A stretch of DNA of 64,000 bases, from NCBI GenBank assembly GCA_043228905.1, contig JBHGNT010000022.1, positions 2,356,001 through 2,420,000 on the forward strand, given 5' to 3'. Of the stretch, positions 1-12,060 are shown piece after piece. The notes below the pieces were generated by a model, which was not told the DNA's origin, made no database searches, and saw only the letters and a program-made list of their open reading frames with translations. The DNA comes from Azolla caroliniana. Lineage: Eukaryota > Plantae > Polypodiophyta. The position numbers were made by a program, and so were the translations under genes. Numbering within the stretch: the first letter of the stretch is position 1; every line of letters starts with the position of its first letter.

Positions 1-3000
1 CTCGGTATCGGTATCAGATAACCGAAAAACCGAACACGACCGCCGAAGTATACCCACCCTCCAAACCGGGGACAAAGGAGAAACGAGCAACAGTCACAAG
101 GTGTACTGTTATTACTGCCGTAAGGAGGGCCATTATAGTAACCAATGCCCAAGCAAAACCAATGACAAGCAGCCGGCAGTCAACATGGTTACAGCCCAAA
201 TAACAGAAGTACAGCAGGTCACAACTCGGTCAAAGGGAAAGATCACCGAGTGGGAAGCCCAGGAGGCAATCAGAAAACAAGCGGCGCAATGGATCAAGGA
301 GGCCAATGAACAGAATGCGGCAGAAGTAAGAGACCAAAATATGCCAAAAGACGAAGAAATCATACAGCCAGGAGAAAACCCGACGTGGCAAGCGCTCCAG
401 GACTGTCAAATCGTGCTGCCGTTAGCACGGCTACTACAGTTGGTGCCACGGTTTACGACAGACTTACAGGCATCCGTGGGCAAACCGAAGCCGATGCCAG
501 CACCGGCATTCTTCTCCAACCCGGAGGAAGGACCAGCTGTGGTCGATACAAGTAGCCCGGCGATCACGGCAATCGTGAAAGGAAAGGAAATTGCTGGAAC
601 GATTATTGACGGAGGCTCCGAGGTGAATGTCATCAGCCGACAGACATGCGACAACCTGGGCATCCGGGAATGGGAACCATGCCCCTTCTGGTTACGCATA
701 GCGGATACCAGCTCAGTCCGACCGACCGGGCTTATCCGGGATTTGGAAGTAACGATCGGAGGCCACATATTCTGGATATCGGCCGTGGTGCTGCAGCTGA
801 ATGTACAAGGCGCGTACCCCCTACTGCTAGGACAACCATGGCTGCGAACGGCGCATATCAAGCAGAACTAGCAAAAGAACATGATCACATTCCGGCGAGG
901 GAAAACAAAGGTACGAGTAGCGACGCAACCACGGGTGATCGCTAGTAAGGAAGCAACTCCACTATGTGCGGAAAGCATCAACATGTTGGAGGGATTACCG
1001 GACGAGGAAGTCGATCGGTACCTCGAGGAACACACACGAATCGTCCCACTATTTGAGGTGGATATCACGGCGGCAGTAGAACCGTACATCACGACGCCGG
1101 ACGAACCGGACCAAGCGGCGATCCGGGAACTGCGACAAGCGCAGGAATCCCTAGAGAGGGAAATGACGATATCCCAGAGGGTAAAAGCATCCCAACTAGA
1201 GGAGGTGGACCTCGGCACAACAGACAAGCCCCGACCGGTAAATGTCGCAAAGGAATTGCCAAAGGAAGAAAAGAAGGCAATGGTATCATTATTAACAGAC
1301 TTCAAGGATGTGTTCGCGTGGTCGTACGAAGACATGCGAGGGCTGGACCCCCAGCTCTATCAGCACCAAATTCACCTAAGTACGGACGCGAAACTGATCG
1401 CTCAACGCAGGTACCGGATGAATCCGAATTATGCGGCGAAGGTGAAGGAGGAGATTGATAAGCTCCTCCGGGTCGGACTTATCCGACCGGTCAAGCAGGC
1501 AACCTGGCTGAGTCCGATAGTGGTGGTCCCGAAAAAGAACAGCAAAATGCCGCAACGGTGACCGATGCGTTTCCACTACCATTTACGGACGGGGTGCTAG
1601 ATGCGGTAGCCGGCCACGAAGTTTGCAGCTTCCTGGATGGATTTAGCGGTTACAACCAAATACGAATGAACCCGGCCAACCAGGAGAAGACAACGTTCGT
1701 TATGGAATGGGGAGTGTTCGTCGCGGTCGTGATGATGTTCGGACTAAAGACGGCTCCAGCGACCTTTCAAAGGATAATAATGGAAATTTTCGGGGAATAT
1801 ATCCCCGGTTTTATGCAGGTCTTCCTTGACGATTTCGCGATCTACAGCCGGCACGGAGAGCATCTCGATCACCTCCGGCTGTGCTTAGAGAAGTGCCGCG
1901 AGTACCGGTTGAGTTTGAACCCGGCCAAGTGCGTCTTCGGAGTGGCAAGCGGCAACTTACTAGGGCACGTGGTGAGTAAGGAAGGAATCACGGTAGATCC
2001 GGATAAAGTAAAGGCGATTCTCGAGGCACCGGCACCAAATAACGCAAAGGCTCTAAGCCGGTTCCTGGGCCAAATAAGGTGGCATAGCCGGATGATACGG
2101 CACCTCGCAGACTTCGCTACACCATTGCATGCCGCCGTACACAGGGTACCCTTCCTATGGGCGGAGACGGAGGAGAAAGCCTACCAAGCGCTGAAGGTTA
2201 TGTTGTCGCAAGCTCTGGTGGTGCAACCGCCGGATTGGAGTAAAAGCTTTCACGTCTTCGTCGACGCGTCGGATGTAGCAATCGGCAGCGTTCTGATGCA
2301 ACTCACGGAGCCGAAATGGTACCGGCCGGTGTACTACGCAAGCCGGAAACTCTCAAAAGCCGAACGGAACTACTCTATGACGGAACGCGAGGCATTAGGA
2401 ATGGTGTATAGTGTCACAAAGTACAGGCACTATCTGCTCAGAAGGAAGTTTTCCTTCCATGTCGACCATTCGGCACTACTCTACCTGGTCTCGAAGGCAT
2501 CCCTGACGGGAAAAATTGCACGATGGACACTGCTGTTACAGGAATTTGAATTCGACATTTTCCACCGACCTGGGGCGCAACATGCGGTAGCGGACTACCT
2601 AAGCAGACTCAAATCCGGAGAAGCAGGGGACGGCGTCCAGGATGAGTTCCCCGACGCCGAGTTGTTCTGGATCACGACGGAACCGGCAACAGATGCAACG
2701 GTAGCCGATGAAGACACGTGGCTAACTGAGATGCATCAGTTCCTGAGCACCGGAGTACCCCCGGAGAACATGGACCGCGATGAAAGGAAAAGGGTAGCAG
2801 TAAGAAGCAGACATTTCTGCTTGATTGGAGACACTCTCTATCACAAGGGGGCAGATGGCATCTGGAGACGAGCAGTGCGGAGCGATGAGAAGGATCTAAT
2901 CCTCAGGGAAGCCCACTGTGGAATTGCCGGCGGGCATTATGCCGGCGACGCAACCGCTCGGAAAATATGGCAGAGCGGACTGTGGTGGCCCACCACCCTA

Positions 3001-4167
3001 AAAGATGCCGTGAAGTATAGCAGAGAATGCGATTTGTGTCAACGACTGGGCCAACCCACGGAGAAGGCCCGGATGCCACACCACCCGGTCTTGCCATTGG
3101 AACCGTTTCAAAAGTGGGGTTTGGACTTTGTCGGTTCCTTCAAGCCACCGGCAATGCGAACCGGAAATTGGTATGTCATAGTGGCGACCGACTATTGCAC
3201 CAAATGGGTAGAAGCGAAGGCCTTACGGGACAACACGGCCGCGTCCATGGCAAAGTTCCTGTACGAGTGCATATGGTGCCGGTATGGATGCCCGATCGAG
3301 CTTATAAGTGACCAAGGAGGGCACTTTCTCGTGCAGGTAGTAGAAAGCCTGACGTCATTTTACGTGGTGGTACATAAAAGGAGTACTCCCTACTACCCTC
3401 AAGCCAATGGACTAGCGGAATCGACGAACAAAACTTTGCAGAACATCCTACGAAAAATCGTCAACGAGAACCGGACCAACTAGGATACGAAATTGCAGAG
3501 CGCGCTATGGGCGTACCGAACAACGTACAAAACCAGCATCCGGACAACCTCGTTCCGACTAGCATTCGGTTTAGAAGCGGTCATGCCGGTAGAGTTCCAG
3601 ATCCCCAACTTACGGATCCAGGTAAAGGAGCGCTTAAGTGAGAAGGAGTCCGAACGAATCCAGTTGGCGACGTTGTTGGAATTAGAAGAAAACCGAATAG
3701 CCAGCTTACTACAACTCGAACTGGAGCAAAGTAGGAGAAAAGCTTTCGTGGACCGACACCGGCGTGGCAACGAAAAGGAGTTCGAAGCCGGGAAACCGGT
3801 GCTACTGTTCCAGACACGGATGGGGAACATGCCGGGAAAGTTGCGGTTTCGGTGGACCGGACCGTTCTGGATCACCAAGGAGTACAATGGGTCGTATCAT
3901 CTCGGCACGTTGTCTGGAGAAGTCATCGGTAAGTGGGCAAATGGGTTTCGGCTAAAGCCGTATAAGGGAAATATGCTAGCCAACCCGTTCAAGCAAGACC
4001 CGGAAATCCGGCACGATGAGGAACTGACACCGACAGACGCTGCTGCAGATTTCCGGACCGAGGAAGAACCGACACCGATACTGACGAAGACTATCCCGGA
4101 AAACCGACAGAAGGATCCGGTATCAGCGCGAACCGACCCGAACAAATCGGGGGGGACCAGAAAATGA
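1..4167 (+). pseudogene. A1 gag-pol (Gag C-terminal zinc knuckle, aspartic protease, RT, RNase H, integrase), disrupted
   Basis: Motifs CYYCRKEGHYSNQC, IIDGGSEVN, VFLDDFA, FVDASD, H..H..C..C and WGLDFVG. Stops at 869 and 3481; ~31-bp deletion with frameshift near 1548. Confidence 0.95.
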
Positions 4168-4593
4168 CGTGGTCCAAACAAACAGAAAAAAAAAATTAAA
4201 AAAAAATCATAGTAATGATTGGGAGATCACAAGAGGTGGGAGCGCCACCATGCAACGAAGAGGCGCCATGCAGTAAACAAGGACGTGCGCGTACTTGCTA
4301 TTTAAAGCATAGAACGTGGGCACAGACGTACGAGGTATTACTCACACGCGGCAAGCAAGAAAGGACATACTAATTATGGCGGGAGATAGACATGCGCGGG
4401 AGATAGACATGCGCGGGAAACGAAAAAGGGCGGCTCAAGGCAAAAGCCACTATATAAGACACAAGCCTACAAAGGACTTACTTTTTACGAATTTTCCTAC
4501 ACACAGGCGCAGAAGCACAGAAGAGCGATCCGACGCACAACGCACACACATCCTGATCCCGAACAACAGACAGCAGAAGAAGAATTTGAACCA

Positions 4594-7515
4594 ATGGCAC
4601 TGTCGGAAGAGGCACGCCAATGGATGATGGAGAACGGGTTAGAAGGATTGTTGCGGATCGCCGACGCTCCACCACACGCAGAACCAGAGTAGGCGGCAGC
4701 ATCGATTGATTTATCAGAAATCACGGAAGGAGCGGTGCAGGCACTCACAGGGATAAAAGCGGGAGGACTTCAAACGATCGAAAACCCTTCAAGTCAAATC
4801 CTGTTCGAATATTTCGGTGAGTATTCCATCAGCAGCAAGGCGTACTGAACACAGGGCGGAGAGAACCTGCTGTTCGGAGAAGTGGCCCGCGCCATGATGG
4901 AATACGGATTCGTGAATTCTCGTCCCCCGACCATAGCCATGTACCGGGCAGCGTTCCTAATTGCAACGTACGAAGGATTACAAGTGGACTGGCTCCATTT
5001 CATAACCGAAGGATTGAAGGAGGCCATCAAGAACCTTGTGGAAGGAAAAAAGCCATGGGCCGGGATAGCACAATGGCTAACGGTGTTAGTCCCACCCGTG
5101 CTCCCCATCAAACAAAAGAAAAGAGGTCGGCAGGAGATGACGCCGAAAAAGGTCACAAAGCGCCGACATATCCTGGAGAAACACACCCCCAGATGGACCC
5201 AGGAAGAAGCAGAACAACGGGAGGAAGGACCATCCCGACAGCAACAGGAACCGGCAACAAATGCAAAACCGGCAGGAAAAGGCAAAGGAAAACCGGCCGA
5301 GGAGGAACCGGTAGCGCTCAAACCAATCAATATAACGCTGCGACGGCCGGAACCGGAACCAGAGGTCTTTATACAAAAGGTCCGTCTGGTAGCCGCACCG
5401 GAGGAGGAAGCTGAAGCAGAAGACTCATCCGAACCACTGGTAAGACTCCCAGCAAGACAAGGTCGGGAGAGACGGGCGAGAGGACCGGCTCCACCAGTTG
5501 ACAGAACTCAGCAGAGGGCGCAAGGACCACCTCCAGTAGCCGGGGCGGAAACAGTACCGGAACCCGTACCGAGGGAAGCAGTACCGACACCGGTTTTGCC
5601 GGACTTCAGAGAACCGGTCATTCCAGAGAAGAGGAATGAACAAGCGCCGGAGCCAGAGATAAGGCCGGAAAAACAGCTTTAGTTAAGGAGTAGAAGTGAG
5701 CAATGCTACTCCGACACAGGAAGCACAAAGCCACAATTGCTGAGATGGCTTTCGGAGCAGGTATCGGGAGTAGCGGACCAGTTAGAGGAAGAAGAAACGT
5801 GTAGGCAACACCTGACGCATACAACAACCCAAGAGTTGGTCGCGCTCCGAACACAGATCCAGGAATTGCAAGGGGAGCTGGTGCAGGCGAGGGAAGGAAT
5901 TCAACAAGCACAAGTTGTCACCGAGCCGGTCGGGACAACAAGGAAGCAACCAGAACCGGAACCGGAACCGGTAGCCTTGCAAACCGGCCCTGAGACCGAA
6001 AAAATAATAGAAACCTTGCGAGAGGAGTTAAAAGCTCAGGAGGCATTAAGGGAAAAAGAAAGGGAGCAGCGGAAAGCGGTGGAGGACGACAGACGGAAAA
6101 TGGAAGAAGGCCTCCGGAAAGGCCGAGCCACTAATGACCGACTACAAGAAGAAAAAGAGAAGGTGCAAAAGGAGAAGGACCGACTGCGTCGACAGGCCGA
6201 GCAGGAGATAGAACGACTGCAGGAAGAACTCCGACAACAGAAGGACCGGGACGACCGGTTAAGAGCTCAGGTAAGCCGACGCCTGAAGCAGAAGACGGAG
6301 GACTTCGATCGACTCTACCGAGATCACAAGCAGGCCGAGTCGGACAACAAGAAACGGGCAACAGACTACGACCGACAAATAGAGAAGCTGAAAGAACAGC
6401 TCAAAGAGACCCAATTAGACCTGGCTAAGACAATGGACGAGGTCAGTGCCAAAAAGGAAGCATTGTCAGAGGAAATAACCCAAGCGACGGAGAGAAGGAA
6501 GGAATTAGAGGCGCTAAGGCGGGAAAAGCTGGATCTGACCAAGATCAGGAATGAAGAAAAGGAAAGATCGACCTTCACAATCAACAAATTGCAAAGTGCC
6601 TATGACAAGCAGAAAGCGGATTACGAAGCCCAGGCTCAGATAATGGCCGACATTATAAAACGGGCAAGGAAGGAAAAGTAAGAAGCTTATGCGCATGCTA
6701 AAGCGGGGGTTGACCGGATCAAGCTCATCATGTCATGTTGGAGTACCCGAGCTCAGGCAAGCATCAACGAAAGTACGGAAAAGCTATGGAAGGAGTGGTC
6801 ACAACAGGCAGCCGAGCTGCAGACACTCCGAGCTGATGCCGAGAATCGGAGGAAGACCGGTGACAAGTTCTACAAGATGGATGAAGAAAGTATCATCGCC
6901 ATTCGGGAAGAATTGTCGGAGGATTTCTACGCTTTAGCGGAAGAACATCTCAAAGAAATCCGAGGGTTGGTAGAGAGGTTGGATGACGGGCAGCTCACAA
7001 CTCAGTTGGAGTTGGAGAAATACGAGCAGGACCGGTTACGACAGGAAGCCGAGGGAAGAACGACGCCAATCACTATAAGTGAGGGAGAGCGACCGGCTGA
7101 AGCTGAACCAACCGACACCGAACAACCCCGACAAGGAATACCCGAAGAAGAACTTCCGTTCCAAGAAAATCAAGAAGAGCAGGTGCAGACCGATGCCGGG
7201 GAAGACGAAGAGCTGAGACCAGAAAACACCGGAGCAGAGGAAGAAGGCGCACCGAACCGACCAGCCGAGACCGGAGAAAGCGACACTGGTAACAGAACAG
7301 AGCCTGGAACGGAGGAAGAACAGGAAGAACCCGGACGGAGTGGTGAGGAAGCACCGGCACCACAGAATCAAGCACAGCCGGAGCAGCAAATTTTTACGGA
7401 ACAGCCAACCCAACCGGAGGTCGGAGACCAGGCAGGCAAGGAACAGGAATTGGAGGAAGAAGCACCGCTTGACACCTTCGAGCGGAGTGTGCTCGATATT
7501 TTGGAGGAAGAATGA
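4594..7515 (+). pseudogene. A1 extra sense ORF (ORF3), ~973 codons: globular N-terminus, basic stretch, long coiled coil, acidic tail
   Basis: ORF pieces at 4882, 5737 and 6730 share the frame of the ATG at 4594. The four internal stops (~4690, 4846, 5680, 6679) are sense codons in A2. Confidence 0.88.
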
Positions 7516-7565
7516 GGCCGGGAGTGGATTCGAAGTGCAAGGCACTTTCCCACGGGCGTGCCATG

Positions 7566-7954
7566 TGTTGACCGGTCAGAAGAGCAAGGACAAGTGGGAA
7601 GGTGGAGTCGGATCGGATAATAGGAAGTAAATAATAGTATAATTATTATTCGGAGGGACGGATCCGGTACAGTTGTACCAATCCGGATCCGGACCGATTC
7701 GAATGCCGGTTGCCTAAGCGCACCGATTGTAACCTTGCCGGATGCCTATAAAAGGATCCGATGATTTGTAAATGCTTTACGGAAGTAATACAAATATAAT
7801 TATGGCGTGTTTATCTTCATCTTTGTATTGTTTTACCATCTGTGCTTAGTATAATCATCTTACGCGTGTAACCTAGCATCCAATCCTTACCACCCCTTTG
7901 GAGAAGTGTCGGATAGACACCTGTGTTGAGGCTAGTCCGGCCAGGCAGACAACA
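7566..7954 (+). repeat. A1 3' LTR (389 bp)
   Basis: TGTTG...CAACA termini; TATAAAAG at ~7747; homologous to 28486-28874, 38134-38522 and 56052-56441. Confidence 0.95.
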
Positions 7955-10834
7955 AAGGCTACACGGGTAGCATCCGAAACGGTGTCATGAAGTTCAGCAA
8001 AGGGAGACTGATTGTGGCTCGGGCCCGGAAGGTCAACACACTGTACCTGATGAATGCCCGGTTATGTCTAGAAGAAGTGAATGTGGCATCCGACAGTGCC
8101 GGTGAGCTGTGGCACAAGAGGTTGTGTCATATGAGCGAGAAGGGGATGAAGAGGCTTGCAGACGACAACCTCATTCCAGTGAAGAACGTGCACTTGGAGA
8201 AGTGCACTGATTGTCTGGCCGGTAAGCAAAACCGGACCTCCTTCCGACCAAGGCCATCGATGAGACGTAATGCACCACTAGAGTTGGTGCATACGGATGT
8301 GTGTCAAGTAGACACGAAGTCACATGCCGGAGCGCAGTACTTCGTGACGTTCATAGATGACCACAGTCGGAAGCTGTGGGCCACACCGTTGAAGACGAAG
8401 GATCAGGTGCTATCCGTTTTCAAAGAGCTCCACGCGAGAGTGGAAAGAGAAACCGGCCGGAAGTTGAAGGCGTATCGAGCAGATAACGGAGGGAAATACC
8501 GGGGGCAGTTCGAGGAGTACTGCCGCTCGAAAGGAATCCGGCTCGAATTTACCGTGCCAAAGACGCCGGAACTAAATGGGCTGGCCGAGAGGATGAACCG
8601 GACCATAATAGAGAGGGTCCGGAGTATGCTAGCGCATGCAAAACTACCCAAGAAGTTTTGGGCTAAGGCACTGTCGACAGCGACATACGTGATAAACAGA
8701 TCACCCTCAGTACCCTTGGACGGAGACACGCCACAGAGAGTCTAGACCAGTAAGGAAGTGTCCTACCGGCATCTGAAGGTATTCGGGTGTCTCGCGTACG
8801 TGCATGTAGCTAAGGACCGGAGAGGAAAGTTAGATCCAAAGACCCGGCCATGCATATTCCTCGGTTACGGCAACGATGAGTTCGGCTACCGAGTGTGGGA
8901 CCCGGTCGACAAGAAGGTATTCCGGAGTCGAGATATTATCTTCATGGAGGACAAGACGCTCGCCGACTGGGAGTCGGAGAAGAAGATAATGAACTCCGAG
9001 TCGACCGGTAAGGATCGACTCTACGATGAGCAGACCCAACCGTCAAGAGACCGGTTAGCACTCGAGGAACCAGCCGGTTACGCTGAGGATACCGGACCGG
9101 CAGAAGAAGAAGTAGAGGAAGCTGAAACCGAAACCGGCCAAGACCCCGAAACAGATTCGGATGAAGAGAAAATGGAGGAGCTGGTTACCGAAACCCGAAG
9201 ACGGAGATATCCTCTCAGAGAGAGAAGGGCCCCCCGGAGATTTCCGGATGCAGAGCATGTTCTGCTGACCGATGAGGGGGAGCCGGAAAGCTTCGAAGAA
9301 GCGAAGGATGACACCCACAACCGGAAATGGTTAAGTGCCATGCAGGATGAGATGGATTCCCTACATGAGAACCATACGTACAAATTGGTGGAGTTGCCGA
9401 AAGGAAAGCGGGCACTCCGAAATAAGTGGGTGTACAAGTTGAAACCGGGAGATGCCGGCAACCCCTCGAGATACAAAGCCAGGATCGTGGTGAAGGGGTT
9501 CCAACAGAAAATGGGCGTGGACTTCGACGAGATATTTGCCCTCCATCCGGACGGTGCTGAGTATAGCGGCAAGCATGGACCTTGAGGTAGAGTAGCTGGA
9601 CGTGAAGACGGCATTCCTTCACGGCGACCTCGAAGAGGAGATCTACATGCAGCAACCGGAGGGATTTGTGGAGAAAGGGAAGGAGCACCTGGTATGCCGG
9701 TTGAAGAAGAGCCTCTACGGGTTGAAGCAAGCCCTCCGGCAATGGTACCGGAAGTTCGATTCCTTCATGACCGATCAAGGGTACCACAAGACGCAAGCCG
9801 ATCACTGCGTGTTTGTGAAGAAGTTCGAAGGAGGCGACTTCCTAATACTCCTTCTGTACGTGGATGACATGTTGATCGTCGGACGGGACCAAACCAAAAT
9901 ACGGATGCTGAAGAAGGCCCTCAACCGAACCTTCTCAATGAAAGACCTGGGTCCAGCAAGACAGATGCTGGGGATGCATATTATCCGGAACCGGTACGTG
10001 AAGCAATTATGGCTGTCACAGGAGAAGTACGTGACAAAGGTGCTTCGCCGGTTCAACATGTTAAATGCGAAACCGGTCGCATCGACACTTCCAACAAACT
10101 GCAGGCTATCCGGTAAGCAAAGCCCAAAGACGAAAGCAGAGAAGGCGGATATGATGAAGATTCCATATGCCTCTGCCGTCGGGAGCTTGATGTACGCAAT
10201 GGTGTGTACCCGACCGGATATAGGATACGCAGTCGGAGTGGTGAGCCGGTTTATGAGCAATCCCGGCAAGGAGCACTGGAACGCGGTCAAATGGATACTC
10301 CAGTATTTGAAGGGCACTTCAAATATGTGTCTCCGATTCGGCTCCGGAAAACCTCAACTTGACGGTTTCACCGATTCGGACATGTCAGCTGATGTGGATA
10401 CCAGCCGGTCTACATCCGGGTATGTAATGACATATGCAGGGGGAGTTGTTTCGTGGCAGTCGAGGCTGCAGAAGACGGTTGCATTGTCAACCACGGAGGC
10501 GGAGTACATGGCAGCTGTGGAAGCGGGCAAGGAAATATTATGGATGAAGCACTTCATCGGAGAGCTTGGTATCCGGCAAGATGAATACCGACTCTATTGC
10601 GACAGTCAAAGTGCCATCCATCTTGCTAAGTATGCGGCCTACCATTCCCGGACGAAGCATATCCAGCGAAGATATCACTGGATCCGGGAAAGAGTAGATG
10701 ACCAGGAGTTCACGCTGATGAAGATCCACACGGCCGAGAACGGGTCAGATATGCTGACCAAAGGGCTGATACCCGACAAGCTGGATGCATGCCGGAAGAG
10801 AATCGGACTAGTAAGACACCCCATGCCGGAGTGA
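7955..10834 (+). pseudogene. B1 pol (GAG-pre-integrase, integrase, RT, RNase H), disrupted
   Basis: Motifs LWHKRLCH, VHTDVC, KTAFLHG, SLYGLKQA, LLYVDDML, FTDSD, CDSQSA; stops plus a frameshifting deletion near 9540. Confidence 0.95.
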
Positions 10835-10888
10835 AGGGGGAGTTTGTTGGGAGACAGGTCCCTCCGGATGGGAAGGGAGAAGAACAGT
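7955..10888 (+). mobile_element. Ty1/copia (Tnt1-like) element B1, 3' part; 3' LTR truncated after ~45 bp
   Basis: Order IN-RT-RH; PPT TGAAGGGGGAG at ~10832-10842; LTR start TGTTGGGAGACAGG at 10845. Confidence 0.92.
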
Positions 10889-11152
10889 CCGTCCGGATGG
10901 GAAGAGACTTTCCTAACACTTCATCTAGAGACTTGGGCAATTGCGTCTGGGAACCAACGTGAGACCCAAGAGACGGATGGTGACGAAAAGGAAGAGAAGG
11001 ACCAAGATAATACAACCAATGACGACCGCCAAATTTTCTCCACACTTGTTCCAGAGACTTGGGCAATTGCATCTGAGTACCGATGTAAGACCCAAGAGAC
11101 GGCGGAACCTGTGGTCGGCATCTGGCGGCGGAGCCGTTGAGCCGATGACTAG

Positions 11153-11904
11153 TGTTGGGAGACAGGTCCCTCCGGATGGGAAGGGAGAAGAACAGTGCCG
11201 ACGAACAATCTCGGCCGAGGCCGACAGGCCGAGAGCCGGATGAGGAGTACCCGGCTACGGAGAGAGCCGGATGGTGCAGGCCCGGTGAGAACCGGATGAG
11301 GAGTACTCGGCTACGGAGAGCCGGATGGTGCAGGCTCGGTGAGAACTGGATGAGGAGTACCCGGCTACGGAGAGCCGGATGGTGCAGGCCCGGTGAGAAC
11401 CAGATGAGGAGTACCCGGCTACGGAGAGCCGGATGGTGCAGGCCCGATGAGGAATGCTCACCGGATGAAGAGACATATTCGTAAATATGTTCCTGAGAGT
11501 CCATCGAGGCTATATTTGTAAATAGCCGAAAAGTCATATTAGTATAAATATGACTTAGGGCAAACTTATAGTTGTTGTCATTTTCTTGTTGGTGCAAGAA
11601 GAGAGAGCGTGGAACAGTGTACAGAGAGAGAGAGAGAGAGAGAACGAGGTCGTTGCCTCTGCTGTAACCGCCGCCTGTGGCGAAGATCGTGAGCACGAGG
11701 TTGTTGCCTCCGTGAACTCACTGTTGTACATTCTAGCATAGTGATAGTTTGCAGCCTGTGGGCTACCGTGGTTTTTTCCACGTAAACATCCTGTGTACTT
11801 TTCTCTCCTTTGTGTCGCGTGTTTTCCGTTTCCTGTTTTCTGTGTATGATTCTAAGCTCGGTTGTGGCCGAGCGTTGTGCATAAGGAGCGTTGAGTTCTC
11901 GTCA
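11153..11904 (+). mobile_element. Solo LTR of copia family B
   Basis: TG...CA termini; identical 5-bp TSD ACTAG at 11148-11152 and 11905-11909; homologous to the B2 LTRs. Confidence 0.92.
11231..11447. repeat. 54-bp tandem repeat (~4 units) in B solo LTR U3
   Basis: Unit GAGCCGGATGGTGCAGGCCCGGTGAGAACCGGATGAGGAGTACCCGGCTACGGA, head-to-tail, no spacers. Confidence 0.9.
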
Positions 11905-12060
11905 ACTAGCAAGCGACTCGGGATGCGGACTGGGCCAGACCAAGCGGTTGCAAATTGGATGGATCGGTCGGGTCGGTCGATCACGGTGCATGGTGTCTTA
12001 AAGATATTTGGTTCAAAAGCCTAATAGTATTTTGTGCATAAAAGAAAAAGATGTAACCAA

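Larger units (their letters stand above)
1..7954 (+). mobile_element. Ty3/gypsy non-chromovirus LTR retrotransposon, family A copy A1 (5' end outside window), inserted into copia B1
   Basis: Order Gag CCHC-PR-RT-RH-IN, then extra ORF and 3' LTR ending GACAACA at 7954. The sequence that follows (AAGGCTACACGGG) is copia pol, matching the uninterrupted B2 copy. Confidence 0.95.

Noticed and set aside
4594-7515. ORF3 as env, or as a captured host myosin/SMC gene
   Set aside because: No signal peptide or transmembrane segment and no motor or ATPase motifs; it lies between pol and the LTR in every copy.
7696-7708. GATTCGAATGC in the A1 LTR as a B-box
   Set aside because: Other A LTRs read GATTCGGATG and no A-box lies at the right spacing.
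11231-11447. 54-bp repeats as a CRISPR array
   Set aside because: Head-to-tail units with no unique spacers, inside copia LTRs, and no cas genes.
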